From NCBI GenBank assembly GCA_965225855.1, contig CBDDCK010000005.1:672001-736000 (forward strand): a stretch of DNA of 64,000 bases, given 5' to 3'. This document shows, piece after piece, positions 8,901-18,264 of this stretch (positions within the stretch are counted from its first letter, which is position 1; each line of letters starts with the position of its first letter). The stretch is from Spirochaetia bacterium. GTDB taxonomy: Bacteria; Spirochaetota; Spirochaetia; SP-2023. A program made the translations under genes and the position numbers. The notes below the pieces were generated by a model. It had not been told where the DNA came from and ran no database searches. It saw only the letters and a list, made by a program, of their open reading frames with translations.

Positions 8901-9457
8901 GCCTTTTTGCGTTGGTAGAGCCATGTACCCAAAGTAGCGTCTTGTGCCAAGGTTTGCTCCAACTTACGAATGCGCTGTAAATTGGCGCGCTCTTCCTTCT
9001 CTTTTTCTGTTGCTTTGTCTTCAGTTTTACTTTGTTTCCGATTACTTTGGTAGCCACGCCTCTGGCACAAGTGGAATAAAGCCCGCCCAAGTTCGTAAGG
9101 TTTTAGCTCTTGCTTCACCGCTAAAGAGCGCAATCGGTATGGGTCTTGTTTCATCAAGCTTGTATTTTCTGGGCTGTTGGGTGGTGGCAATAGCCCTTGT
9201 TGTTGTAGTTCTTTGGCAAATTTAGCCACGCGCCGTTTTAACCTACGTAGTCTGCGCCGACTACCTCTAGCCTCACGGCGAGCTACAGCTAACGAAGAAT
9301 CTTTTTCATCTCGACCATCACTAAATATACGCACTCCAGCCGTTTCTAACTGCTTTAGCGTATAAGTCTTTTTGTTTGCTTCTTTAGCATCTAGGCTCCA
9401 AATAGACCAGCCTATAGAATTTGTTCCTAGGTCTAAACCTAAGCGGTAAGGTTTCAT
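5915..9457 (-). CDS. cas9: Type II-C Cas9 (1180 aa), catalytic motifs intact
   Basis: RuvC-I LGLDLGTNSIGW, Arg-rich bridge helix, RuvC-II VELGRD, HNH EIEHILPFS..N..CNRQKG, RuvC-III DHRHHAIDA; no csn2 or cas4 in the operon. Confidence 0.99.
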   Translation of the reverse strand: MKPYRLGLDLGTNSIGWSIWSLDAKEANKKTYTLKQLETAGVRIFSDGRDEKDSSLAVARREARGSRRRLRRLKRRVAKFAKELQQQGLLPPPNSPENTSLMKQDPYRLRSLAVKQELKPYELGRALFHLCQRRGYQSNRKQSKTEDKATEKEKEERANLQRIRKLEQTLAQDATLGTWLYQRKKAKQSVRFRNDKATTAAGEQNTQADIGDFYANRQMYRDEFRAIRQQQSQYPAFENINWDTLEQILFYQRPLQKPERGKCWYYEDEDRAYKSQPSSERLRIAQNVLNLRMIDEHGSQISLNNQERLQLYNKLCNCKSMTFKAIRKMFGWSENITFNLEKNRKEELEGAVVNVEMQKPEFFGKEHWHKLNLEEQDSLCEKVMLFTYAKDNEQDKLLQPFRELGLSEQQCQALFAYELPTGTTELSACLQREVLHYLLEQYPDDGGATHLQKLRVDKQKKSQLLPTLPYYGAAMPESCYPLKKLQKNKPGLEINSDEAKYGRIGNPTVHVALNQVRKVVNDIIGHYGLPDEVVVELGRDLKNSRKAKAEISKLQNENKKQNERRNKELRENYNIHYPSRDDRRKLQLYEELALKNTTAKCPYCGVKIPASDLFSPDNRVEIEHILPFSRTLDNGMANLTLSHTACNRQKGDRSPYEAFGHDAERWQRIKQATGNLPKNKQEHFTAEAMKRYESDDHFLARQTTDNAYIARKAMQYLQSICPQVWASNGHITEMLRDNLNLNSLLNENPKHKKKNRNDHRHHAIDAIVVAMIDRSLLKRLSGYFAFSQDQLLGKEAEELKTAKRRQRYAMQRMAGERQGLRQQIETVVSSIIVSHKQDHSHNSAMFAETANGLIYKAISAIDGKTLRENLPLLVRPEQAHWLLDYIATRPETNPAQAQNTKANCKKQQELQGSISELRQIAATIKPQRGQLLQLEQETQALLQRTQKGPLGKLWNEGHKAFALEHPKIGLRYWHGYFVNSKLLSGITEKDCEPLEQGYQGPVDDGLRTRLKEAYQAQQSDGDKKLSWESFIKDYGAKHGIKKVRYIPKDQTLVQPKTSSPQYYMPDGYAYCDIWRTVNGSKAEYKVTFTSYYQAQRKQEQTAPDSAEHLTRLYKNDTLYSKADGQYYLVKGYSATNDKLDIRPLIEANSPQKYKVISKIFGDEMQCQAVYISPGGWVRHR

Positions 9458-9505
9458 GATAATAGCTCCTTTGGGATTATTTTATAAAAAATGTGCGATA
9501 ATTAC

Positions 9506-9534
9506 TTGTCAAAACATCGTAATTTGTATAGTAT
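9506..9534 (+). promoter_or_regulatory. Putative sigma70 promoter of tracrRNA
   Basis: TTGTCA-17 bp-TAGTAT just upstream of the anti-repeat. Confidence 0.55.
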
Positions 9535-9541
9535 AGCTTCC

Positions 9542-9665
9542 GTTGAACCGAATTGAAAACAGGTATGCTTGGGCTATACGCTTAGCTGCCAACAAGCCTT
9601 GTAAGAGGCGCAAAATTATGGCTTAACTTCAATTAGTTTCCTTTTTGAAGTTAAGCCAGTTTTTT
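9542..9665 (+). ncRNA. tracrRNA
   Basis: Anti-repeat GTTGAACCGAATTGAAAACAGGTATGC plus lower-stem AGCTGCCAAC, nexus AAGCC..GGC, 14-bp terminator stem (9619-9658) and U-tract. Confidence 0.9.
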
Positions 9666-9691
9666 ATTTCTTTTATTGAACATAAAAAATG

Positions 9692-9742
9692 GAGCTTTAA
9701 AACTTGCGCTTATGCTTATTACTTGCGGCGGTTTTAAAGCTC
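9692..9742 (-). terminator. Hairpin terminator after the osmoprotectant ABC operon
   Basis: GAGCTTTAAAAC..GTTTTAAAGCTC inverted repeat. Confidence 0.6.
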
Positions 9743-9755
9743 TTATAAAAATAAT

Positions 9756-10646
9756 TTACTGAATTAAGCCTTTCGCTTTTAGGAACTTGAATGCAACTTC
9801 CTTTGGCTCTAATCTATTTTCTTCTACATCGTAGTTCATGGCCGTCATTTCAGAATCATTGATCCTACCGCTTAATTGAGAGATAATCTCTTCTAGCTCG
9901 GGCAGACGCTCTAAAGTCTTTTGATGTACCACTGGTACAGCATAGTACGGTGGAAAAAAGTTTAAATCATCTTCAAGAATCTTCATGTCAAAACGCTTGA
10001 GTTTTGCGTCTGTAGAATAAGCATCGGTATAGTCTGCTTGCTCTTCGATAATTGCTTGGTATCTTAAACCAATTTCTAACTGTATCATTGGTTGCTCTGG
10101 TTTAAAACCGTAAGCGGCAAACATTGGCTCTGCTCCATCGCTATCACGGGCAATAAATTCACTGTCAAAGCCAGCTATTAAGTCTAAATGATTTTTCAAG
10201 TCTGAAATTTTGGTAATGCTCAATTGCTCGGCACGGGTGCGCAACATGGCAATTGCATAAGTATTGTTGAAGCCAAAGGGCTCAAATACTTTCCCTTGGT
10301 ATTCATTGCTAATTGCTTCTTGCACAATGCGCAATGTTTCATCTTGGCCAGCTTTATCTTGCTTCTTTAGGATTGCTTGATAAATAGTGCCGGTATAATC
10401 TGGATAAATATCGACATTGCCAGATTGGAATGCTTGCCATACTATAGAAGTAGTTCCCATATTGGGTTTTAAATCAACTTCAATATCACTTTTAGCTTGT
10501 ACCAGTTCTGCAAGAATATGGCTTAAAATAATATTTTCTGTGTAATTTTTAGAAGCAATAGTTACTGTTCTACTGTTCTGATTAGAATTACAAGAAGCTA
10601 TTGACAAAATAGCCGTAAATAGGACTAAAATTTTCCATTGAATCAT
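9756..10646 (-). CDS. Glycine betaine/osmoprotectant ABC transporter substrate-binding lipoprotein (OpuCC/OsmF-like)
   Basis: SKNYTE, DIYPDYTGT, GFNNTYA, FFPPY motifs; lipobox IASC; start at MIQWK behind an RBS. Confidence 0.9.
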   Translation of the reverse strand: MIQWKILVLFTAILSIASCNSNQNSRTVTIASKNYTENIILSHILAELVQAKSDIEVDLKPNMGTTSIVWQAFQSGNVDIYPDYTGTIYQAILKKQDKAGQDETLRIVQEAISNEYQGKVFEPFGFNNTYAIAMLRTRAEQLSITKISDLKNHLDLIAGFDSEFIARDSDGAEPMFAAYGFKPEQPMIQLEIGLRYQAIIEEQADYTDAYSTDAKLKRFDMKILEDDLNFFPPYYAVPVVHQKTLERLPELEEIISQLSGRINDSEMTAMNYDVEENRLEPKEVAFKFLKAKGLIQ

Positions 10647-10758
10647 AGTGATTTCCTTTCCTTTTAATAAAAAAATTGTAAACAAAAATTCATAATTCGA
10701 TGATTCATAGCAGTTATATAAAAGGCATTGTTCCTCCAGTAAATTGTATTTTGTATGC

Positions 10759-11382
10759 CTAATAACGGCTTAAGATTTTGCCACAGAAGATAAGTAGTGT
10801 ATCCAGCAAAACAGCTAGTAATGCCGATGGAATGGCTCCTGCTAAAATTAAATTGTTGTCTAGTACAGAGATTCCCCGAAAGATAAAGGTCCCTAGGGCT
10901 CCTGCTCCAATTGAGGCTACTAGCGTGGCGATACCGACACAAGTTACCGTTGCAACTCGAACGCCTGTGATAATCACCGGTAAAGCCAAGGGAATTTGTA
11001 CTTTAAATAAAATTTGCCATTTATTCATGCCCACACCAGTAGCACTTTCTATAATTGCAGGGTCAATTTGTTTTATACCAATGATCGTGTTTTGCACAAT
11101 AACCAGTAGAGAATAAATGACCAATGCGATAATGCTGGGCTTTAGTCCAATGCCTGCAATGGGAATTAAAAAGCCCAGTAGAGCAAGGCTGGGTATGGTT
11201 TGCATAATACCTAAGATATATTGTACAGGTGGTGCTGCTCTGCGAAAATGCACTAATAATAAGCCCAATGGAACACCGATCAACACGGCGATCAATACAG
11301 ATAGCACTGTAATTTGTAAATGTTCTGCTGTCCGCAGCATAACCTCATCAATATTTTTTACAAAGTAGACCCCAAAATTCAT
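10759..11382 (-). CDS. Osmoprotectant ABC transporter permease
   Basis: QTIPSLALLG and EAA-loop (ESATGVGM) motifs. Confidence 0.92.
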   Translation of the reverse strand: MNFGVYFVKNIDEVMLRTAEHLQITVLSVLIAVLIGVPLGLLLVHFRRAAPPVQYILGIMQTIPSLALLGFLIPIAGIGLKPSIIALVIYSLLVIVQNTIIGIKQIDPAIIESATGVGMNKWQILFKVQIPLALPVIITGVRVATVTCVGIATLVASIGAGALGTFIFRGISVLDNNLILAGAIPSALLAVLLDTLLIFCGKILSRY

Positions 11383-12125
11383 TCTTTGATCTCCTCTTTT
11401 AGTATGCTTAAGTGGCGTGCGATAAAACGCTCGACAAACTCATTGGCTGGTTCATGTATAATTTGTTTTTTCGTACCAATTTGAGCAATTTCTCCTCCTT
11501 CAAATAGGCAGATTCTATCACCAATAGTAAAAGCTTCATGTATATCATGAGTAACAAAAATAATGGTTTTTTGGATTAGATGTTTTACAGATGAAAATTC
11601 TTCTTGAATTTCCTCACGAGTAATTGGGTCTAAAGCCCCAAAGGGTTCGTCCATCAATATAATATCTGGGTTGCCTATTAGTGCCCGTCCTACACCAATG
11701 CGCTGGCGTTGCCCTCCGGATAATTGGCGCGGCTTGCGTTTGAGTAAACTTTTATCAATTTGCAAAAGGTTAATAATATTTTCAAGCCATTTTTTAGTCT
11801 CTTCTGGTTGCCAATTTAGCAATTTGGGAACTACGACCAAGTTATCATGAATATTCATGTGCGGAAACAAACCAATATTTTGAAAAACATAGCCGATGTT
11901 TCGGCGTAATTTTATGGGGTTCCAGTCGAGAATTGATCTCCCTTTAATTAGAATATCCCCAGAATCAAAGGGAATTAAGCGATTTATCATTTTTAGAGTA
12001 GTCGTTTTACCACAGCCGCTGCGCCCCAACAGTACTAATGTTTGGCCTTTTTCAACGTGGAATGAAACATCTCTAATAGCATGGCTCTTGCCATAAAATT
12101 TATTTACATCTTTGAGTTCTATCAT
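11379..12125 (-). CDS. Osmoprotectant ABC transporter ATP-binding protein (no CBS domains)
   Basis: GRSGCGKTT, LSGGQ, ILMDEPFGALD. Confidence 0.93.
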   Translation of the reverse strand: MIELKDVNKFYGKSHAIRDVSFHVEKGQTLVLLGRSGCGKTTTLKMINRLIPFDSGDILIKGRSILDWNPIKLRRNIGYVFQNIGLFPHMNIHDNLVVVPKLLNWQPEETKKWLENIINLLQIDKSLLKRKPRQLSGGQRQRIGVGRALIGNPDIILMDEPFGALDPITREEIQEEFSSVKHLIQKTIIFVTHDIHEAFTIGDRICLFEGGEIAQIGTKKQIIHEPANEFVERFIARHLSILKEEIKE

Positions 12126-12349
12126 AAAAAATTTTCCTTTTTAATATTAGAATTGGTATAAAAATCTTAGGGACTGCATTCTATTCTATAAGTAATATCA
12201 CAGTAAGTCTAATGCAGCAGAAAAGTTGTGCTTATTTACTTTCGTGGAACTATAGCTTTCGGTTTTAAAGGGGGTAGAGCTTCGGGGAGACAAATGCCCA
12301 AATAATAAGATAGTTCAAGCACTAGATTTTATATAGATGGACAGGACAG

Positions 12350-14194
12350 CTATATGTCTGTATCTTGGCTCTTTAAAGCTGCTAAAAAGGCACTTTGCGG
12401 CAACTCGACAGAGCCGATCATTTTCATGCGCTTTTTGCCTTCTTTTTGCTTTTCTAACAATTTCTTTTTACGTGTGATGTCCCCACCATAGCATTTGGCT
12501 GTAACATCTTTGCGCAATGCATTGATTGTTTCACGAGCGATAATGGTAGCGCCAATTGCGGCTTGGATCGGGATTTTAAACTGTTGGCGTGGTATTTCTT
12601 TACTCAATTTTTCACAAATACTTCGACCCCGCCTTTGAGCATTGGTTTTGTGTGTCAACAAGGTTAAAGCATCGACAATGTCTCCATTGATCAAAATATC
12701 CACTTTATTGAGTTCTGTTACTTGGTAGTTAAGCAGTTCGTAGTCAAAAGAAGCATAACCTCGGCTCACGGATTTTAATTTATCGTAAAAATCAAATAGT
12801 ATTTCACCAAGAGGCATTTCATAGATTAGCTCTACACGTTTTATATCCAGATAGTTCATATTTTTTTGTAGGCCACGCTTCTGGCTACAAAGTGTCATCA
12901 AACCACCCAAATAATCTTCCGGCGTGATAATACTAGCTTGAATATAGGGCTCTTCTACCATTTTAAATGTGTTGGGTTTGGGGTAGAGTGCAGGGTTATC
13001 CAAATACCATTGGCTATCGTCATTGTTAGTAATTCGGTAGCGTACGGAAGGGGCCGTTAGTAAAATGTTTAGCCCAAATTCAGTTTCCAAGCGTTCTTGG
13101 ATTACTTCCAAATGCAATAAGCCTAAAAAACCACAGCGAAAGCCAAATCCTAAGACTGCCGAGGCATCTTTTTCATAAGTCAATGAAGCATCGTTCAAAG
13201 CCAGCTTTTCCATGGCTTTAATTAAGTCGTCATAGAGATTGCTATCTACCGGATAGATGGAAGAAAATACCACAGGCTTGACTGGTTTAAAACCTGCAAG
13301 CGGTTCATCTGCTGGGTTGGCTGCCAGTGTAATGGTATCTCCTACGGTAACTTCGTTGATATTCTTTACATTGCCTATTAGGAAACCTGCTTCACCAGCG
13401 CTTAAACTAATGCTAGAAACAAGCTTGATTTGAAAATAGCCTAAATCTTCCACATCATACTCTGCTTCTTTACCTTTTTGGCCGTGCATCAAACGGAAGC
13501 GTTGGCCTTTGCGCAGTTCTCCTTGGAAAACTCGCAAATGCAACACTACACCTCTATATGGGTCGTAATGGCTATCGAAAATTAAAGCTTTTAAAGCAGC
13601 TTGGCGGTTTCCTTGTAGCGGGGCTGGGCAATGCAGAATAATTCCTTCCAGTAAATCGACAACGCCTAGACCCGTCTTAGCCGACACGGAAAATATTAAT
13701 TCGGTGTTTAATCCTAAATCTTGTTCAATTTGTGTGGTAATTGCTGGTACATCGGCACTGGGTAAATCTACTTTATTTAGTACTGGTATAATCTCTAAAT
13801 TTTGCTCTAAAGCAATGTAAAAGTTTGCCAAAGTCTGGGCTTCAATCCCTTGGGTTGCATCTACCAATAGCAATGCCCCTTCACATGAAGCAATGGCCCG
13901 CGACACTTCGTAAGAAAAATCGACATGCCCCGGTGTGTCAATAAAATTGAGGCAGTACTCTAACCCATCACCTTTTGTTTGGTACAACATGGTAACCGCT
14001 TGGGATTTAATCGTAATGCCGCGCTCGCGCTCAATATCCATGGAATCAAGCAACTGGTTTTGAAATTCTCGGTCGGAAACTAACTTGGTTTCCTGAATAA
14101 AGCGATCTGCTAAGGTTGATTTACCATGGTCAATATGTGCAATAATACAAAAGTTTCGGATTCTTTCAGAAGGAAAGGGGAATTTAGCTGCCAT
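12350..14194 (-). CDS. lepA: Translation elongation factor 4 (LepA)
   Basis: AHIDHGKSTLADR, GFRCGFLGLLH, KCYGGDITRKKKLLEKQKEGKKRMK. Confidence 0.98.
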   Translation of the reverse strand: MAAKFPFPSERIRNFCIIAHIDHGKSTLADRFIQETKLVSDREFQNQLLDSMDIERERGITIKSQAVTMLYQTKGDGLEYCLNFIDTPGHVDFSYEVSRAIASCEGALLLVDATQGIEAQTLANFYIALEQNLEIIPVLNKVDLPSADVPAITTQIEQDLGLNTELIFSVSAKTGLGVVDLLEGIILHCPAPLQGNRQAALKALIFDSHYDPYRGVVLHLRVFQGELRKGQRFRLMHGQKGKEAEYDVEDLGYFQIKLVSSISLSAGEAGFLIGNVKNINEVTVGDTITLAANPADEPLAGFKPVKPVVFSSIYPVDSNLYDDLIKAMEKLALNDASLTYEKDASAVLGFGFRCGFLGLLHLEVIQERLETEFGLNILLTAPSVRYRITNNDDSQWYLDNPALYPKPNTFKMVEEPYIQASIITPEDYLGGLMTLCSQKRGLQKNMNYLDIKRVELIYEMPLGEILFDFYDKLKSVSRGYASFDYELLNYQVTELNKVDILINGDIVDALTLLTHKTNAQRRGRSICEKLSKEIPRQQFKIPIQAAIGATIIARETINALRKDVTAKCYGGDITRKKKLLEKQKEGKKRMKMIGSVELPQSAFLAALKSQDTDI

Positions 14195-14623
14195 AATTTT
14201 ATTTCTAGTATAGTGCTCTAATGATAGATAGGCAAGCTTGATTTGATGTTTATTTTTACAACAGAATTATTCCCGTGTTGTGCTATAGTTTTGATAATTG
14301 GATTTAAGGCCAAAGAGCTTGATAGCCCGCTGCTTTAAAGATGTTGCTGTTTTTTGTTTTAATGGGGATAAAAGTTTTTCTGCTTAGTCTGTATTTATCT
14401 TCGTGTCTTATGGAAGGTGGATGGAATCCAAATAGAAACTACTATCATTTATTTTAGCACTAAAATAAAATTTCTCATCGGACTACAAGAGAATATTACT
14501 TCAAACTAGGCAGTATCTTCTTGCTGGATTAAAAGATGTTCTAACTTAGGGGCTAATTGTTTTGTTGACTAGGCCATCAACACTATAGTAAACCCAATCT
14601 TAAACCGCTATAGTCAAGGTCAT

Positions 14624-16267
14624 TTATTGGGGCTGTTGGCTGGCAAACAATTCTATTTGTGCCAAGGCTTGGGTTTTTAGCATTGCGCTGCCATTTAAGG
14701 CCCAGGCCCCAGCCTGTTGGGCCCGCTGCAAAAATATAGTAAGTGGCGGCTGGTAGATAAGGTCATAAGCCAATTGCCCTGCTGAAAACTGATATGCTGG
14801 GATAGGGTCTTCCGTGCTATTGTGTCTATGGCTCATACCTACATTAGTGGTTTGAATAATCCAATTGCAATCGCCAGAAATATTGACCCCTTGTTGTAGA
14901 GCACACACTTTCCCTATGTTGCTGACTAGCTTGGCATAGCGGAATAGAGCCTCTAGCTCTTGGGCTTTAGCTATCGTCCTGTTGTGAATCTCGCAGTCTA
15001 CCCCATAGCTGAGCAAGGCATAGACGGCTGCACGGGCGGCCCCTCCCGCGCCAATAATGGCAGCTTTTTGGCCCCGTATGGGTAATTGCTGCTGTGCGCA
15101 AAATGCGAGTAGTGGCTGCATAAAGCCTTCTATATCGGTATTATCGGCCAACCAATGGCCATTTCTCTGTTGGTAAAAGGTATTGCTAGCCCCGAGCAGG
15201 TATACGCTAGGACTGGCCTGATCGCATGCCATGGCCCTTTGGGCCAGCGTTTCCTTGTGTGGTATGGTGCATGAGAGCCCTTTAATCGGCAGTAGCTCTC
15301 GCAAGGCCAAAAAAGGCTCTAGCTTATCCACGCGGAAGCGCAAGTAGCAGGCATTCCAACCGTATTGCTGGTAAATGGGGTTGTGGAGCTGGGGCGAATG
15401 GCTGTGGGCCACTGGGTCGCCGATAACACCGTAAATAGAGGTTGCTTCGTCAATATTGCGGTAGTGGTAACTTTCTAGTAACTCCTTTAGCTGGAATTGG
15501 CCGGGCGCAATGGCTGGGGTATGGGAGCTAGTACAAAACGTCCATTCACTGCCAATATGGGCGGACAATACACGGCTTGAGCTGCCAAATTCTCCCATGG
15601 CCAGCAAAATATAGGGTGCATGGTAGGACTGTTTCATATCCATAGCAAACTGATAAAAGCGCAATAGTTCTTGGGAATTGCTTACCATCAAGGCCAGCTT
15701 CACTATGGCCTTTTGGGAAAAGTCTCTTACTAACTGCTTTAATTGCGCTACCAGTTTATGCAGCTCTTCGTTGTTGGGCAAAGCCCCAAATTCATGAAGG
15801 GATACAATTAGCTGGTCTTGTGGTAACTGCTGCAAAAGAGGCTGGGCCAGTGTTGGCTGCCGTTGCTCTACAACCCGTTGCAGTAGGTGGGCGTCTAAAT
15901 CCAAATAGGTTGGGGCTTGGGGTTGTTGGGCTTGGGCCAAAGCCAAGTAGCACTGCTCGACAATGTTTAGATATTCACCATCGGCCATAGAGTTGGGGCA
16001 GTGGCCACCGTCTTGGATTTTGCGTAGCGTTAGGATTAGTGGGACGTCAATGCTGCAATTGGCCAAATCCCAGCACAATCGCTGTAAGCTGGCTTCCAAG
16101 GCAGGTGGGTTGGTAAAGTTCAGCATAAAGTCCAGCCGTATTTCGGCTAAGTCTAGGCTTGGGTCAAAATAGTGCTGTGCTTGCTCGGCTTGTAGCTGCG
16201 CTAATGCTTCAGCTAAGGTTGCGCAGTTTAGGCATAAGCAGGCTCTATTCTTTGCGGTCGGCTGCAT
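14624..16267 (-). CDS. Bifunctional type I 3-dehydroquinase / shikimate dehydrogenase (AroD-AroE fusion)
   Basis: N-terminal EIRLD, LTLR..DGG, LLAMGEFG..SR, APGQ; C-terminal GDPVAHSHSP, TIPHK, NTD, GAGGAARA. Confidence 0.88.
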   Translation of the reverse strand: MQPTAKNRACLCLNCATLAEALAQLQAEQAQHYFDPSLDLAEIRLDFMLNFTNPPALEASLQRLCWDLANCSIDVPLILTLRKIQDGGHCPNSMADGEYLNIVEQCYLALAQAQQPQAPTYLDLDAHLLQRVVEQRQPTLAQPLLQQLPQDQLIVSLHEFGALPNNEELHKLVAQLKQLVRDFSQKAIVKLALMVSNSQELLRFYQFAMDMKQSYHAPYILLAMGEFGSSSRVLSAHIGSEWTFCTSSHTPAIAPGQFQLKELLESYHYRNIDEATSIYGVIGDPVAHSHSPQLHNPIYQQYGWNACYLRFRVDKLEPFLALRELLPIKGLSCTIPHKETLAQRAMACDQASPSVYLLGASNTFYQQRNGHWLADNTDIEGFMQPLLAFCAQQQLPIRGQKAAIIGAGGAARAAVYALLSYGVDCEIHNRTIAKAQELEALFRYAKLVSNIGKVCALQQGVNISGDCNWIIQTTNVGMSHRHNSTEDPIPAYQFSAGQLAYDLIYQPPLTIFLQRAQQAGAWALNGSAMLKTQALAQIELFASQQPQ

Positions 16268-16284
16268 TATTGTCGGCTGAACCT

Positions 16285-18165
16285 TTAGTTATTTTTCTTG
16301 CTAAAGAGTTTTTTCCAGCGTTGCTTTAGGCTAGTCTTCTGGGGTTGTTGGGCTGTATCCTTGGTAGTATCGGGGGCTGCGGGACTTGCAGGGCTAGAAA
16401 ATTTTTGCTGCTTTGGCTGGGTTGTGGTTTCTTGCCGATTGGCTTGGGTGTCTATTGGCTTGCGCTGTGCTTGTTTGGGTTCCCGCTTTTGCGTTTGGTT
16501 TAGCTGGGTTGTTTGTGGCTCTTTTTGCTGTGGTAGCCGCTGTTGTCTGTGTTTCCTTCTTTTGTGAGCAGCATCATCTGGCTTTGCCATAGCGTTAGAA
16601 GTATTGGTGCTACTATCTTGGAGGGCACCAAAATCTTCCCCATACTTTTGCTGGTAATACTTTAGGCGTTCATTTGGGTCTTTAGGTGGCATTTTGGAGG
16701 GTATTCGAGCCTCACTGTGAGCACCCTCATGTTTGCTTTTTCTAGCCGTGGTGTGGTGGTGCCGGTTGCGGTTTTCTCTACTGGAACGCTGTCGTTCGGG
16801 CTGCCTTCTCGGCTTTCTGCTGCCTCTATCTTCAAAATTCCTACTGTGGTTGGCTTGTGTTCTACGCCCTGTACTGCGTTCTGAACTCAGCTGTGTGTTG
16901 CGCTTTGCACTAAGCTCTGAATGGTTTTCAGCCTCTCGCATAGATTCTCGGCCCCTGCTGTGTCGGCTCTTTTGGGGGGTAAGGGGCCTTTGGATTAGCT
17001 CTTCTTCTGGCAACCAAGCAACTGGAACTTTATCTTCAATATAGCGTTCAATATCGGTTAAGTTGTAGACGTAGTGTTCACAGGCCAAGCTAATGGCCTT
17101 ACCATGGGCTCCGGCTCTAGCAGTGCGACCAATGCGGTGGACATAATTTTCCGCTTCATCGGGTAGGTCATAGTTGATTACCATGGGCAGGCCGTCAATA
17201 TGCAGCCCACGCGACGCAACGTCGGTGGCTACTACAAAGCGCAGTCTACCTGCTTTTAATTGCCCTAAAATATGGGTGCGCTTGGGTTGTGGTAAGTCGC
17301 CTATCAAGAGTTTTACTTGGTAACCGTTGGCCCGCAGCCGGCCTTCTACAAAACTGGCAGCTCTCTTAGTATTGCAAAAGATAATTGCAGAGCTTGGTCC
17401 ATGTTTTTGAATCAAGCTTAGCAACAGGTTGAGTTTCTCTTTTTTACTGACGTGGTATAGCTCTTGTTCCACGTTTTTAGTGGTAATCTGCTCTGGCTCA
17501 ATAATAATCTCTGCTATTAGCCCTTCGCGCATAAATTCCCAAGTGAGATTGCCCACACGGGGGCTTAAAGTTGCACTGTAAAGCATGGTCAGTCGTTCTG
17601 CTGCTGGGGGGATTTGCTTCATAAGCCAGTGAACATCTTCGATAAAGCCCATATCCAACATACGGTCGGCTTCATCGAGCACCATGATTTGCACTTGGTT
17701 TAATAATAGTTGGCCTGATTTGGCTAAGTCTATAATGCGCCCTGGAGTCCCCGTAATAATTTGCACACCGCTACTTAGTTGGGTGTGCTGCTTTTCGTAA
17801 CCGACACCGCCGTAAAATGCGGCAATTTGCAAAGGCAAAAATTGTGCTAAGAGCTTAGCCTCTTGTACTATCTGTTGCGCCAATTCGCGCGTTGGGCTTA
17901 GGATAAGCATTTTTATATCTCCAGCAAAGGAGATTTTTTGATCATCATTGGCAGAGCCCATACGGTTGCGCTGGATTAATTCTTGCACCCCGCAGAGCAT
18001 AAAGGCTGCTGTTTTGCCAGTACCGGTTTGGGATTGTGCGTAAATATCTTTACCTTCAAAATATGCTGTAAAGCTTTGAGCTTGTACTGGGGTACAATCG
18101 ACAAAGCCAATTTCAGTGATCGCTTTTTGTAGTAAAGGTTGAAAGGGAAATTCTTCAAACTTCAT
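16285..18165 (-). CDS. DEAD-box RNA helicase, RhlB-like, with a long low-complexity C-terminal tail
   Basis: QTGTGKT, PTRELA, DEAD, SAT, HRIGRTAR, ISLACE. Confidence 0.92.
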   Translation of the reverse strand: MKFEEFPFQPLLQKAITEIGFVDCTPVQAQSFTAYFEGKDIYAQSQTGTGKTAAFMLCGVQELIQRNRMGSANDDQKISFAGDIKMLILSPTRELAQQIVQEAKLLAQFLPLQIAAFYGGVGYEKQHTQLSSGVQIITGTPGRIIDLAKSGQLLLNQVQIMVLDEADRMLDMGFIEDVHWLMKQIPPAAERLTMLYSATLSPRVGNLTWEFMREGLIAEIIIEPEQITTKNVEQELYHVSKKEKLNLLLSLIQKHGPSSAIIFCNTKRAASFVEGRLRANGYQVKLLIGDLPQPKRTHILGQLKAGRLRFVVATDVASRGLHIDGLPMVINYDLPDEAENYVHRIGRTARAGAHGKAISLACEHYVYNLTDIERYIEDKVPVAWLPEEELIQRPLTPQKSRHSRGRESMREAENHSELSAKRNTQLSSERSTGRRTQANHSRNFEDRGSRKPRRQPERQRSSRENRNRHHHTTARKSKHEGAHSEARIPSKMPPKDPNERLKYYQQKYGEDFGALQDSSTNTSNAMAKPDDAAHKRRKHRQQRLPQQKEPQTTQLNQTQKREPKQAQRKPIDTQANRQETTTQPKQQKFSSPASPAAPDTTKDTAQQPQKTSLKQRWKKLFSKKNN

Positions 18166-18264
18166 GTTTTATCCTATTTGGGCAATATTTTGGTAATATA
18201 TTGCTTGCGAGTAGTGGAGTCGTCCGTGTTTTGGAACTTTTAGAATATAGAGCAGAGATTGCTA

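Noticed and set aside
5915..9457. Possibility of a nuclease-dead or fused Cas9
   Set aside because: RuvC D/E/H-D and HNH H/N residues are present; no extra enzymatic domain is recognisable
14220..14620. 400-bp intergenic gap between lepA and aroDE
   Set aside because: No recognisable RNA motif or convincing ORF
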